From Verrucomicrobiia bacterium (GTDB lineage: Bacteria > Verrucomicrobiota > Verrucomicrobiia > JADLBR01 > JAIBCM01): DNA of 64,000 bases. The position numbers and the translations under genes are program-made. The stretch is taken from NCBI GenBank assembly GCA_019694135.1, contig JAIBCM010000002.1, forward strand, positions 22,143 to 86,142. The letters are read 5' to 3'. Below the pieces are notes generated by a model that saw nothing but the letters and a program-made list of their open reading frames with translations, had not been told where the DNA came from and made no database searches. Positions 1-8,747 of the stretch are shown piece after piece; position 1 is the stretch's first letter; the number at the start of each line of letters is the position of its first letter.

Positions 1-7
1 GTAATCG

Positions 8-703
8 ATGGGAAGTATTGCTGATAATATTACGCGAGTTCAGGGACAGATTAAAGAGGCAAGCGCGCGTGCGGGTCGGGGTGCAGAAGAGGTTCATTTA
101 TTGGGCGCTTCAAAAACCAGGACGCCAGAAGAAATTTATGAGGCGGTGGAAGCCGGGCTCTTATTATTTGGCGAGAATCGGGTGCAAGAAGCTAAACAGA
201 AAATTCCGTTGTGTTCATCTCGTGCGGAATGGCATTTTATTGGACATTTGCAATCAAATAAAGTGCGTGATGCTGTGGCGCTTTTTTCCTGTATTCAGTC
301 GATCGATTCGGTTTCTTTAGCAGAAACGGTTTCCCAAGAGGCAGAAAAACAAGGGCGGACAATGGATATTTTGGTGGAAGTCAACGTGTCTGGGGAGAAA
401 AGCAAGTTTGGCATGAAACCTGAAGAATTATTATTTGCTTTGGAAAAGGTAAATGTCTTACCGCGTTTGCGAATTTGTGGTTTGATGACGTTGGCACCGT
501 GGGAAGAGAAACCTCAAGAGGCGAAGCCTTATTTTGCGAGGTTGCGTGAATGGCGGGATCGTGCGGAGAAGGAGCTTGGTATTAAACTTCCCGAATTGTC
601 GATGGGTATGAGTCATGATTTTTTGGAAGCTATTCAGGAAGGCAGCACACTGGTGCGCGTTGGCACGTCAATTTTTGGTCAAAGGAAAAAAAGTAAACCG
701 TAG
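8..703 (+). CDS. yggS: PLP-binding protein, YggS/PLPBP family (alanine-racemase-fold PLP homeostasis protein)
   Basis: The translation carries the motif LLGASKTRTPEEI...FGENRVQE, which is the YggS signature with the PLP-binding Lys. Length is ~230 aa. Confidence 0.8.
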   Translation: MGSIADNITRVQGQIKEASARAGRGAEEVHLLGASKTRTPEEIYEAVEAGLLLFGENRVQEAKQKIPLCSSRAEWHFIGHLQSNKVRDAVALFSCIQSIDSVSLAETVSQEAEKQGRTMDILVEVNVSGEKSKFGMKPEELLFALEKVNVLPRLRICGLMTLAPWEEKPQEAKPYFARLREWRDRAEKELGIKLPELSMGMSHDFLEAIQEGSTLVRVGTSIFGQRKKSKP

Positions 704-795
704 AAAAAACTTTTCACAGTAAGTCTAAAAACTGGATCCTCTGGGCAATCCGTCAGTTGACGGACGAGGATGGGGTTGGGCGTTTCTTACTTTTC

Positions 796-3700
796 TTATC
801 CTTTATCTTTTTTAAAAATTTCGCCAATTAAGGTTGCGGCATCGACTCCACCAGAAAGGGATTCTTCAAAACTTCCCTCGACCATTACGGCAAAGGCATA
901 GCGTGGGTTGTCAGCAGGCAAAAAGCCAGCAAACCAAGCGATTTGGCGCGGTTTGGCTTTGCTGCCCACTTGGGCAGTGCCTGTTTTTCCTGCCACTTGT
1001 ATGCCAGAAACTTGTGCTCTTCGGCCTGTTCCTTCTTCTGTTACTGACACCATGGCTTCTTTGACAAGATCGAATTGTTCAGGAGTAAAAGATAAGGTGT
1101 TAAGAATTTCAGGAGGAAACGTTTTTACGGTTTGGCCGTTTTGATCAAAAAATTCGCTAACGATTCTGGGACGATACAAAGTGCCATGGTTGGCAATGGC
1201 TGCAACGGCATTGGCTATTTGCAAAGGGGTTGTCAGGAGATCGCCCTGACCAATCGAAACGTTGGCGACATCACCAGCGCCCATAATGCGACCATATTTT
1301 TTTCGAATGTAGTCAGGTGTTGGCATGAGACCCGCCAATTCGCCGGGTAGGGGAACGCCCGTGATTTGGCCTATGCCAAGATTAGTAGCGACGTTGATCA
1401 AAGCGGTTCGTCCGGTTCGTAAACCTAAGTCGATAAAGTAAGTATTAATGGATTGAGCAAAAGCGTTGCGAAATGAGACGGGATAAGTTTCTCGTGGTAG
1501 ATTGAATCGCACATTGCCAATTTGGTAGTAACCTTTGCAATAAACGATGCGTTCAGGATCAAAAGTGCCTGCTTGTAAAGAAGCTAACGTAGTGATGATT
1601 TTAAAGACCGAACCAGGCGGATGAAATTGTCTGATGGCTCGATTTTGTAGTGGGTTATCTTCTGCCTGCAAAAAGCTTTGCCATTTTTCTGAAGATAGAG
1701 CGGGTAAAAAGTCGTTAGGATCAAAAGTGGGTTGGCTTGCCATAGCTACGATATCGCCATTGGTTACGTTCATAATAACAACAGCACCGGCGGCAATATT
1801 TGTTAAACTTTTTTCCACGGCTTTTTGTAGTTCGAGATCGAATGTAGTTCGAATATTTAAACCTGAAGTGGCTTGTTTTTCGATAGCGGTGCGCTGCGTA
1901 AAGCCTTCGGGTGTGGTGGCGATGACAAATTTTCCTGCTTGTCCATTAAGTTCCCTATCAAAAATTTTTTCTAACCCTTCCGCGCCTTGATATTGATCGT
2001 AAATGACTAAGTTAGCTTGATAAGGGCCAATGCGTGGTGTTTGAGCGCGTTGAAGATAGCCAAGAGTGTGGGCAAGCAGTTGGTTTTCGGGATAAACTCG
2101 TTTGGGATAAGTTTGGAGGACGAAACCTTCATCTCTCAATTTACTGTTGTTGAATTGAGAAACTTTTTCGGGTGTTAAATCGCTAATGACAACAGGTTGA
2201 AATCGTTGAAAGTTATAATGGTTAGTCAATGTTTCATTGGAAAAGGTGATGGATTTTTCTAGCCAATTTGAGGCAAGCTCTAATTTGGGTTTAATCCAAG
2301 TTAAGGCTTCTTCTGCTGAGTTTGCTGTTTCTAAGCTTGGCCAGGGCAGAACGAGGCTTTGGCCCGAGAGAGTTGTGGCTAAGGGTGAACCGTTTGCCGC
2401 GACGATATCTCCCCGCAGAGGTGGCATGATATATTCTGCTACGGGAGGAATAGAAGCATGATCGTTTTCCTCGGAAGGCGCTTGAGAAATGAGTTCGGAA
2501 GGATTAGAAAAAAGTGTTTGTAACCAACGAGACCAATCCTCATTTTCTGCAACGCGATTGATGCGTGAGACAGGCAGTGTATTCATAGAGTTGAGCTGGG
2601 ATTGTTTAAGATAAACAAAGGTATCACCTGGGCTGGGAGCAAAACCAGCGAGACCTTGAACGGTTCCAGTATTTTTTTCCACTTCGACTTTGATGAGACT
2701 AGATGGAATCGCAAAATTGGTGGGAGAAGAGGGGAGTCGGTTGACTATTTTTTCCCATAATGGAATGGCTGTTTTCGAGGCCAACGTTTTATTGCCAATG
2801 GAAATGGATGGATCATAACCCACCCACACTCCGGTGACCCAGCGCGGAGTGTAGCCTAGGAACCAAGCGTCTCGCTGATTTTCAGAAAAACTGCTAACAC
2901 CCGTAGCGGGTTGGGTTAAGTCTTGTCGCCATGCTTTGTCTCGGAGAGTTTGCTCTAAAGTTAAGGTCATTTGTTGAGCAGTGAGAGCTTCTAGTTGTGG
3001 CAAACCAGCGACATGAGGTCGGCGATAAAGCAATTTATTTTTTCCGTCGCGAATGGATCGAATAAAGAAAGCTTTTTTCTGGGTGCCTTGGTTAGCCAGA
3101 ATCTGGTAGAGCGAGGTGATCTCCCAAAGAGTTAAAGGTCTAAAATCGTGAAAGGTTTTTGGAAGAAAATTTTCGTCAAACCTAATACCAGTATTTTTTA
3201 GCCACTGCGCTAGATTAGCTAGTCCGATTTGGTGAGCGGTTCGAATGGCCGCGGTTTTATAATTTCCAGCCAAAGCATCTTGCAAAAGAAAAAAGCGTCT
3301 GTTGAGATTTTGTTCTGGATTGCCAAAAGTTATGGCTTGGGATGTTTTGATTTCGGGTTTGTCGATAAAGGAGCTGTCAATGAGAGAAGCTGGGTGCCAA
3401 CCTAGATTTTGCATGGCTAAAGCATATAAAAAAGGGTAGAGTGAAGCGCCATTGTCTCGTTGCGCCATGGTGATGCGATCAAATTGGCTTTGGGTAAAAT
3501 CTCTTCCTCCCACGTATGCTTGAACGGCGCCTTCAACAGCGTCCAAAATTAAAACGGCCGCTTGTAAAGGGCCTGGATTTTCAATAGTTTTGCGTAGGTT
3601 TTTTTCCTGGGTTAATTCCCATTCAACCTGGGTCAGAGTTTCTGAAACTGCCCGCTCTGCTGCTTGTTGTAAAGTTGTGTTGAGCGTAGTATACACCCGG

Positions 3701-4557
3701 AGGCCTTGAGGAAATTCATTTTCTTCGAGTTGTAAAACTTCCTGCAACTCTTGCATGATGAGAGGGGTGAAATATTTGTTTAATCCTACTGAAGTTTCTG
3801 GAACGAGACGAATTCGTTTTTGTCGCGCTTGCCAGGCTTGTTGTGATGTGATGAATTTTTCTTCCACCATGGTTTGTAAAACACGATCTCTTCCCTGAAG
3901 CGCTTTTTGATAGTCGCGTCTCGGTGAGGCGCTATTAGGAGAACGAATTAACCCGGCGAGCATGGCGCATTCCCCGAGGGTGAGTTGTTTAGCTGATTTA
4001 CCGAAATAGCCGCGCGCTGCGGCTTCTAAACCAAAATAGCCTTTGCCGAAATAGATTCGGTTGATGTAATAATCTAAGATCTCCTGTTTGGTAAAATGAT
4101 TTTCAATACGAAGCGCTAAAAAAGTTTCTATTAATTTACGATCCCAAGAGCGTTCAAACATGCCGATAGCATTTTTGGCGAGCTGCTGGGTAATGGTGCT
4201 TCCACCTTGAGTAAATTGGCCTGATTTTAAGTTAACTACGAGAGCCCGAACAATTCCGATGATATCAATGCCGTAATGCCAATAAAAACGACGATCTTCT
4301 GCGGCAATAATAGCTTGGCGCATGAGGTCTGGAATTTCATTATGTTTTAATACGATGCGATTTTCTAATGCAAGTCGTCCGATTTCCTTATCATTATCAT
4401 CATAAAAAATGCTCGTTTCATTGTATTTTGCGAGATCGTTCAGATCGTATTGTTGTGCAAGTTGATAGTGCGTTTTAACTTTGGGATAAAGCAGCCAAGT
4501 CGCTAATGTGATCAAGAGCAGAAAAAAAACTAAGCTTAACGTAAGAAATCGTTTCAT
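796..4557 (-). CDS. Multimodular penicillin-binding protein: GT51 transglycosylase, degenerate class-A transpeptidase, class-B (PBP2-like) dimerisation and transpeptidase module
   Basis: GT51 motifs EDRRFYWHYG and GGSTITQQ are present. The class-A TP region has ASLY in place of SxxK and lacks KTG. The C-terminal module has PBP2-like motifs QPTFDPN, PGSVFK and AGKTGTAQ. I place the start at MKRFLTLSL (ATG at 4555-4557), which overlaps the upstream stop by ATGA. A TM helix follows that start. Confidence 0.85.
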   Translation of the reverse strand: MKRFLTLSLVFFLLLITLATWLLYPKVKTHYQLAQQYDLNDLAKYNETSIFYDDNDKEIGRLALENRIVLKHNEIPDLMRQAIIAAEDRRFYWHYGIDIIGIVRALVVNLKSGQFTQGGSTITQQLAKNAIGMFERSWDRKLIETFLALRIENHFTKQEILDYYINRIYFGKGYFGLEAAARGYFGKSAKQLTLGECAMLAGLIRSPNSASPRRDYQKALQGRDRVLQTMVEEKFITSQQAWQARQKRIRLVPETSVGLNKYFTPLIMQELQEVLQLEENEFPQGLRVYTTLNTTLQQAAERAVSETLTQVEWELTQEKNLRKTIENPGPLQAAVLILDAVEGAVQAYVGGRDFTQSQFDRITMAQRDNGASLYPFLYALAMQNLGWHPASLIDSSFIDKPEIKTSQAITFGNPEQNLNRRFFLLQDALAGNYKTAAIRTAHQIGLANLAQWLKNTGIRFDENFLPKTFHDFRPLTLWEITSLYQILANQGTQKKAFFIRSIRDGKNKLLYRRPHVAGLPQLEALTAQQMTLTLEQTLRDKAWRQDLTQPATGVSSFSENQRDAWFLGYTPRWVTGVWVGYDPSISIGNKTLASKTAIPLWEKIVNRLPSSPTNFAIPSSLIKVEVEKNTGTVQGLAGFAPSPGDTFVYLKQSQLNSMNTLPVSRINRVAENEDWSRWLQTLFSNPSELISQAPSEENDHASIPPVAEYIMPPLRGDIVAANGSPLATTLSGQSLVLPWPSLETANSAEEALTWIKPKLELASNWLEKSITFSNETLTNHYNFQRFQPVVISDLTPEKVSQFNNSKLRDEGFVLQTYPKRVYPENQLLAHTLGYLQRAQTPRIGPYQANLVIYDQYQGAEGLEKIFDRELNGQAGKFVIATTPEGFTQRTAIEKQATSGLNIRTTFDLELQKAVEKSLTNIAAGAVVIMNVTNGDIVAMASQPTFDPNDFLPALSSEKWQSFLQAEDNPLQNRAIRQFHPPGSVFKIITTLASLQAGTFDPERIVYCKGYYQIGNVRFNLPRETYPVSFRNAFAQSINTYFIDLGLRTGRTALINVATNLGIGQITGVPLPGELAGLMPTPDYIRKKYGRIMGAGDVANVSIGQGDLLTTPLQIANAVAAIANHGTLYRPRIVSEFFDQNGQTVKTFPPEILNTLSFTPEQFDLVKEAMVSVTEEGTGRRAQVSGIQVAGKTGTAQVGSKAKPRQIAWFAGFLPADNPRYAFAVMVEGSFEESLSGGVDAATLIGEIFKKDKG

Positions 4558-6620
4558 TGCGTAGCTTCTTCCAATGTTCCCTCGGAAATTTCTTCTGTAG
4601 CCGGCAAAGGTTGTTCCTGTGGAGGTGAAGAAGATTCTTGAGAATAAATGGTGGCTTGAGGAATATAACCCAGTTGTTGGCTTAATGAACCCAACCAGTA
4701 GCATCGCCAAAATTGGCGCAAAGCTTCCATGCGGTCTTGGTCGTCAGGACTCATTTTTAGCACAGTGGCATATTCGTAGATCATGGCTAAAGGGGAGGTG
4801 TCGATATCGACATTTTGTGCTGCAGCCATTCCTTGACGTGCTGTGATTTCAGCGTTTTGTAACATTTTTTCTAGAGCGAGGCGGTTGCTTAAAGACCATT
4901 TTAAAGAATCTAATTTGAGTGAAGCGTTCCAATAAAAATATTTTTCCTTTAAAAGATCGGTTTCTAAAAAATAATTAATATCAAGAAAACATTGGGCGAC
5001 ATCATTGAAAGCAAATGAGGCGGCAGAAGTGGGCTGAGGTTGGGGTGGGCGATAGGCAGGGCCGGGAGTAAAACCGGCGTTCGCCAGAAGTGCACGTGGA
5101 ATTTGATGCGTTTCCCATTTTTTTTCCCAACTACGCTTGATGCGTTGTAGTAAGGTAGTTTGGCTTGCCAAACGAGTGTCCCAAATTAGTGAAGATTGCC
5201 ATTGGCTAGCGCGCTGTTTGATTTGGCCAGTAAAAGATTCACCTTTAGCTAGGAGCGCAGGTGTCAATTGATTGAGCCAATCGGTGGCGCGATGAGAAAA
5301 AGCGGAGGAGTCCGATTTTTTAAAGTTACGCTGGAAAACGGGAAAAATATCTCGGAGTTGGGTCTGATAGGTCACATAATAAAAACCGCTCATGAGCAAA
5401 ATAGCTGCTCGTTTTTTTTCATCTTCGGTTGCATCTGATTGCGAATGCCACGCTTGTCGGGCAATGGCAAGAGGACCCTCCAGTTTGGTTTGAAGAGTGA
5501 GCAACCAGTCATTGCGTTCTGACAAAAATAGACTGAGGCTCAAGTCGTTTTTATCCCATTCTTTATCTTGAGTTTTTTGAATGACGTCATCGAGTAGGCT
5601 TGAGGTTTGAGTGACAAAAGATTTTAATTGAGCTGAGTTTAAGTTAGTTTTGAAAGCTTGAGTGGCGGCGATTTCGCTTGAGGCGTCAATAAGGAGACGA
5701 TAAGCCGCGTAAACTTGGCCAGCTTGGTAAGCTTGCGAGCCTTGTTCAAAGAGCGACAAAGCGCGTTGCCAGATGGCTTGTTCCCAAGGAGAAAGTTGCT
5801 GTAGGGCTTGTGTAGAAGGCCAGAGATTTTTCGTGCGCAACAGTTCGTTAATTTGATTTTGGCAACGTTGCGCTAAAAAACTGAATGTGCTGTTGGAATA
5901 ACGACAGGGTGTGGTATTCCAAGTTGCTGAAGGCAGGCTGTGATCCAATGCTATTTCGGCAGCTTCAGCTAAGTTTTGGGCATAAAAAACTTTTAATTTT
6001 AATGTCTTGGCTTTCGCGGCGGTATCTAAAAGTTTATTGGGATGAGTGCGATCCAAGTGTTGATTGTCAGATAAAATTATTTTTTTTATACCGGTGTTGA
6101 CAGCCAGTTCCATGCGTGATTCAACATTTTGAACAGGACCGAGCGATTGATCGGGTAGTAGAGTAGCGAGAAGTAATGTGTCTTGAGGATAGTCGATGCC
6201 GCAAGCGGTAGCGAGTAAACCGAGCGATAGCGAAGCGCAGCTTTCTGAATCGATGGCACCGCTAAGTTCGCTCAAAACCCAATCAGCATTTTGCCAGGGT
6301 TGTTGCCACAATATTGCACTGGCCAGGGTGGCGGGCCAAAGTTGTTGGGATAACGATTGTGTGGTTTCAGGTGACATAGCACCGTCAAACCGAAAGTTAA
6401 TGGTTTCTGAAGTGGTTTCGATTTGGGGATTCCATTGAATATTAAGTTGGGAGAGTGTGATGTTTGAGTTTTTATCCAAAACGAAAAGAGGAATTTTTTG
6501 TTCAAATAATTCTTCTGTTTTTTTAAATAAAGGGAGCGATGCCCCGTGGGCAGGGAAAATAAAAACAAGAAATAGTCCTAACCATTGGCAGGTTCGTTGA
6601 TAAGAAAAATAATTACACAT
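4554..6620 (-). CDS. Secreted protein with N-terminal Lon-protease (S16)-like domain and long helical C-terminal region
   Basis: Signal-peptide-like N-terminus MCNYFSYQRTCQWLGLFLVFIFPAHGA. The segment DSESCASLSLGLLATACGI...LGPVQNVESRMELAVNTGIKKIIL aligns to the Lon block DGPSAGIAM...[24 protein letters not shown]. The catalytic Lys position reads as Glu. Confidence 0.6.
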   Translation of the reverse strand: MCNYFSYQRTCQWLGLFLVFIFPAHGASLPLFKKTEELFEQKIPLFVLDKNSNITLSQLNIQWNPQIETTSETINFRFDGAMSPETTQSLSQQLWPATLASAILWQQPWQNADWVLSELSGAIDSESCASLSLGLLATACGIDYPQDTLLLATLLPDQSLGPVQNVESRMELAVNTGIKKIILSDNQHLDRTHPNKLLDTAAKAKTLKLKVFYAQNLAEAAEIALDHSLPSATWNTTPCRYSNSTFSFLAQRCQNQINELLRTKNLWPSTQALQQLSPWEQAIWQRALSLFEQGSQAYQAGQVYAAYRLLIDASSEIAATQAFKTNLNSAQLKSFVTQTSSLLDDVIQKTQDKEWDKNDLSLSLFLSERNDWLLTLQTKLEGPLAIARQAWHSQSDATEDEKKRAAILLMSGFYYVTYQTQLRDIFPVFQRNFKKSDSSAFSHRATDWLNQLTPALLAKGESFTGQIKQRASQWQSSLIWDTRLASQTTLLQRIKRSWEKKWETHQIPRALLANAGFTPGPAYRPPQPQPTSAASFAFNDVAQCFLDINYFLETDLLKEKYFYWNASLKLDSLKWSLSNRLALEKMLQNAEITARQGMAAAQNVDIDTSPLAMIYEYATVLKMSPDDQDRMEALRQFWRCYWLGSLSQQLGYIPQATIYSQESSSPPQEQPLPATEEISEGTLEEATQ

Positions 6621-6691
6621 GGAATGATCATTCATTAAGCGATCTGGCGACAAAATCAATGAACAACCCTAATGGGGAGAGAATTAATGAG

Positions 6692-7789
6692 TTAATTCTC
6701 AGTTCTTGTCGTGAGTTTTTTGGCGTCAACGACTAGAAAACGGCCACGATTTTTTCTCGCTAATCCTTCTAAAAATTCTTTTTCATTGGGTTTTTCTGCC
6801 GCTGTGAGGAAATAGATGGCATGTAGTCGCACAGGTTCGGTCAAAGTTTTTTGTAAATCTGCTGTTTGTTTCCAAATTTCTTCAGCAGGAATTTTTCCGC
6901 CTTGAGTTTTATTAGCGTCTCCGTCGGAAATCAGATAAATAATGTCGGGTTGCATGGCGAAAGCTTGTTCAATAGCCAGATCGGTGCGTGTGCCGCCCAT
7001 GCCATCTTCTAAAAGATCCCCACCTATGACGCGCTGTTGTTTGCGGACGCTGGTTTGCGGATCTTCAGAGATGCCTTGAATCCATTTTTTGGCTTCCGCT
7101 TTATTTTGATCGGTAGAGGGAACCAGTTGCGATTTAAAGGCGAGGGAGCCTCCTTCCCAAATAATAAGGCCAAATTGTGTGTTAATACTTAGGCCATCTA
7201 TGAGTTTCATGGCTTCTTGTTTAATCATGTAGTAAGGCATTTTGATCATGTTTCCGTTAAGACTTCGTTCGAACATGGTGTTGGAAGCGTCAACAGCGAT
7301 AACAATTTTAGCGCCGGTGTCTTTGATGCCGAAAAAGCCGACCGAAGAACCATTCCCTACGCCTGTTAAGCCGGCTTTTCCGCCAAAGGAACTGGAACCG
7401 GATAAGGATAAAACGCCATCGGAGATAACGGCGGATGCATTGAGCGGTAAGGATTGGTCGAGAGGAAGTTTAGGCAATGGAGGTAATCCTTTATCCATCA
7501 TGCGTGTACTCGTAAGAGGACTGCTAAAGGCTGGAGTAGAAGCAGCTTCTTCAAAGGCAGCTAGAGCCATTTTTTGTTCACGTTCGGGGGAGGTAATTTT
7601 AAATTTTTTTGGTTCAGCAACAAAAGTAGCAGGCGGAGCGATGAGATATTTGGCCACAATGACGGCACCGGCGATGATACCTGCTAAAATATGAGCGCCC
7701 AGGCTAATCAAAAGGATAGTGATAAGCATTTTTCGGCGTTTATTTTTTTCGCCTACGCCTTCTTTAAGCTGATCTATGCTGATATCCAT
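6692..7789 (-). CDS. Membrane-anchored von Willebrand factor A (VWA, MIDAS) domain protein with TonB-like N-terminal TM helix and Pro-rich linker
   Basis: Start placed at MDISIDQLKEG to avoid overlap with exbD. One TM helix (LITILLISLGAHILAGIIAGAVIV) is followed by a Pro-rich spacer. The VWA domain carries the MIDAS motifs VDASNT, GGTRTDLAIEQA and IYLISDGDAN. Confidence 0.7.
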   Translation of the reverse strand: MDISIDQLKEGVGEKNKRRKMLITILLISLGAHILAGIIAGAVIVAKYLIAPPATFVAEPKKFKITSPEREQKMALAAFEEAASTPAFSSPLTSTRMMDKGLPPLPKLPLDQSLPLNASAVISDGVLSLSGSSSFGGKAGLTGVGNGSSVGFFGIKDTGAKIVIAVDASNTMFERSLNGNMIKMPYYMIKQEAMKLIDGLSINTQFGLIIWEGGSLAFKSQLVPSTDQNKAEAKKWIQGISEDPQTSVRKQQRVIGGDLLEDGMGGTRTDLAIEQAFAMQPDIIYLISDGDANKTQGGKIPAEEIWKQTADLQKTLTEPVRLHAIYFLTAAEKPNEKEFLEGLARKNRGRFLVVDAKKLTTRTEN

Positions 7790-7802
7790 AATTTCGTAAA
7801 GG

Positions 7803-8258
7803 TTATAGGTCAAAATCGTCTTCGGGATCGGAAGCAAATGTGACGCCTTTGATACCTGCCAGGGCACAAGTGTTCATAACATCGATGATGCGTTGATGCA
7901 CCACGCCATCTTCGGGAAAAAGAGTAACTAAAGCTTCGGCTTGGTTAGCATCGCTAGCTTCTTTATAGCGTTTTAAGGTTTCAAGCAATTGAGGCAATTG
8001 TGAGTCGGTGGGACTATCTAAAGTTTGTTCGTTGAGTACGACTTGGCCATTGGCGCGAATTTCGATGCGTTGTTCATCGGGCAGATCGACTGATTCTTCT
8101 TGTGACACGGAGCCGGGAAGTTTGGTGCTGACATCGGCTTCGGGTTTTACGGGTTTGGAAGTCAGAATGTAGAAGAAGAGTAGCAAGAAACATACGTCGA
8201 TCATGGGTGCGATTTGAAGTTCGACTTGAGGATGTTCAGTTTTTTTAGGGGTTGCCAT
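7803..8258 (-). CDS. exbD: ExbD/TolR family biopolymer transport protein
   Basis: N-terminal LQIAPMIDVCFLLLFFYI is the ExbD/TolR TM signature. Length is ~150 aa. Confidence 0.8.
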   Translation of the reverse strand: MATPKKTEHPQVELQIAPMIDVCFLLLFFYILTSKPVKPEADVSTKLPGSVSQEESVDLPDEQRIEIRANGQVVLNEQTLDSPTDSQLPQLLETLKRYKEASDANQAEALVTLFPEDGVVHQRIIDVMNTCALAGIKGVTFASDPEDDFDL

Positions 8259-8264
8259 AATCTT

Positions 8265-8693
8265 TTAATGTTGAGTAGTTCCAAAGATGACTTGAATGGC
8301 TCCGGCTTCTGCAGCGGCTTTCATGACATCTTTGATTTGTTTCGCAGGGGTTTTTGCGTCGGCTCGCACGTAAATGATAAGAGGTGGAACATCGGTAAGG
8401 CGTTGTTTCAGATAGGCTTTTAATTCGCGCATATCCATTTGGCGTTCGCTAGCGAAGTATTGGCCTTTTTCATCGATATTGACTACATCTCGTCCACTTA
8501 AATCTTCCGGCACGACTGAGGACTGGGCGCGAGGCAAGTTAATATTCATGAGTTTCTGGCTTTTAGTTAGTTTGCCAGAGAGCATGAAGAAAAAGAGCAA
8601 GAGCATGGTGACGTCGATCATGGGCGCAATTTGAAGCCCCACTTCTTCGTGAGTCACTTTTCGCGGACGTTTGCGCTGGATTTGCTCTGCCAT
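8265..8693 (-). CDS. exbD: ExbD/TolR family biopolymer transport protein (second copy)
   Basis: The motif LQIAPMIDVTMLLLFFFM is present. The gene is a paralogue of the adjacent exbD. Confidence 0.8.
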   Translation of the reverse strand: MAEQIQRKRPRKVTHEEVGLQIAPMIDVTMLLLFFFMLSGKLTKSQKLMNINLPRAQSSVVPEDLSGRDVVNIDEKGQYFASERQMDMRELKAYLKQRLTDVPPLIIYVRADAKTPAKQIKDVMKAAAEAGAIQVIFGTTQH

Positions 8694-8747
8694 AATTTAA
8701 TTTTATTAACTACTACTCTATTTAGACGTCATCAGGTTGTATTTCAT

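Noticed and set aside
18-320. 100-aa plus-strand ORF
   Set aside because: It is an alternate frame inside yggS. yggS has a clear family signature, and this frame has none.
749-764. Short hairpin tccgtca-gt-tgacgga between convergent yggS and the PBP gene
   Set aside because: It has only a 7-bp stem and no flanking T- or A-tract on either strand. It is too weak to call a terminator.
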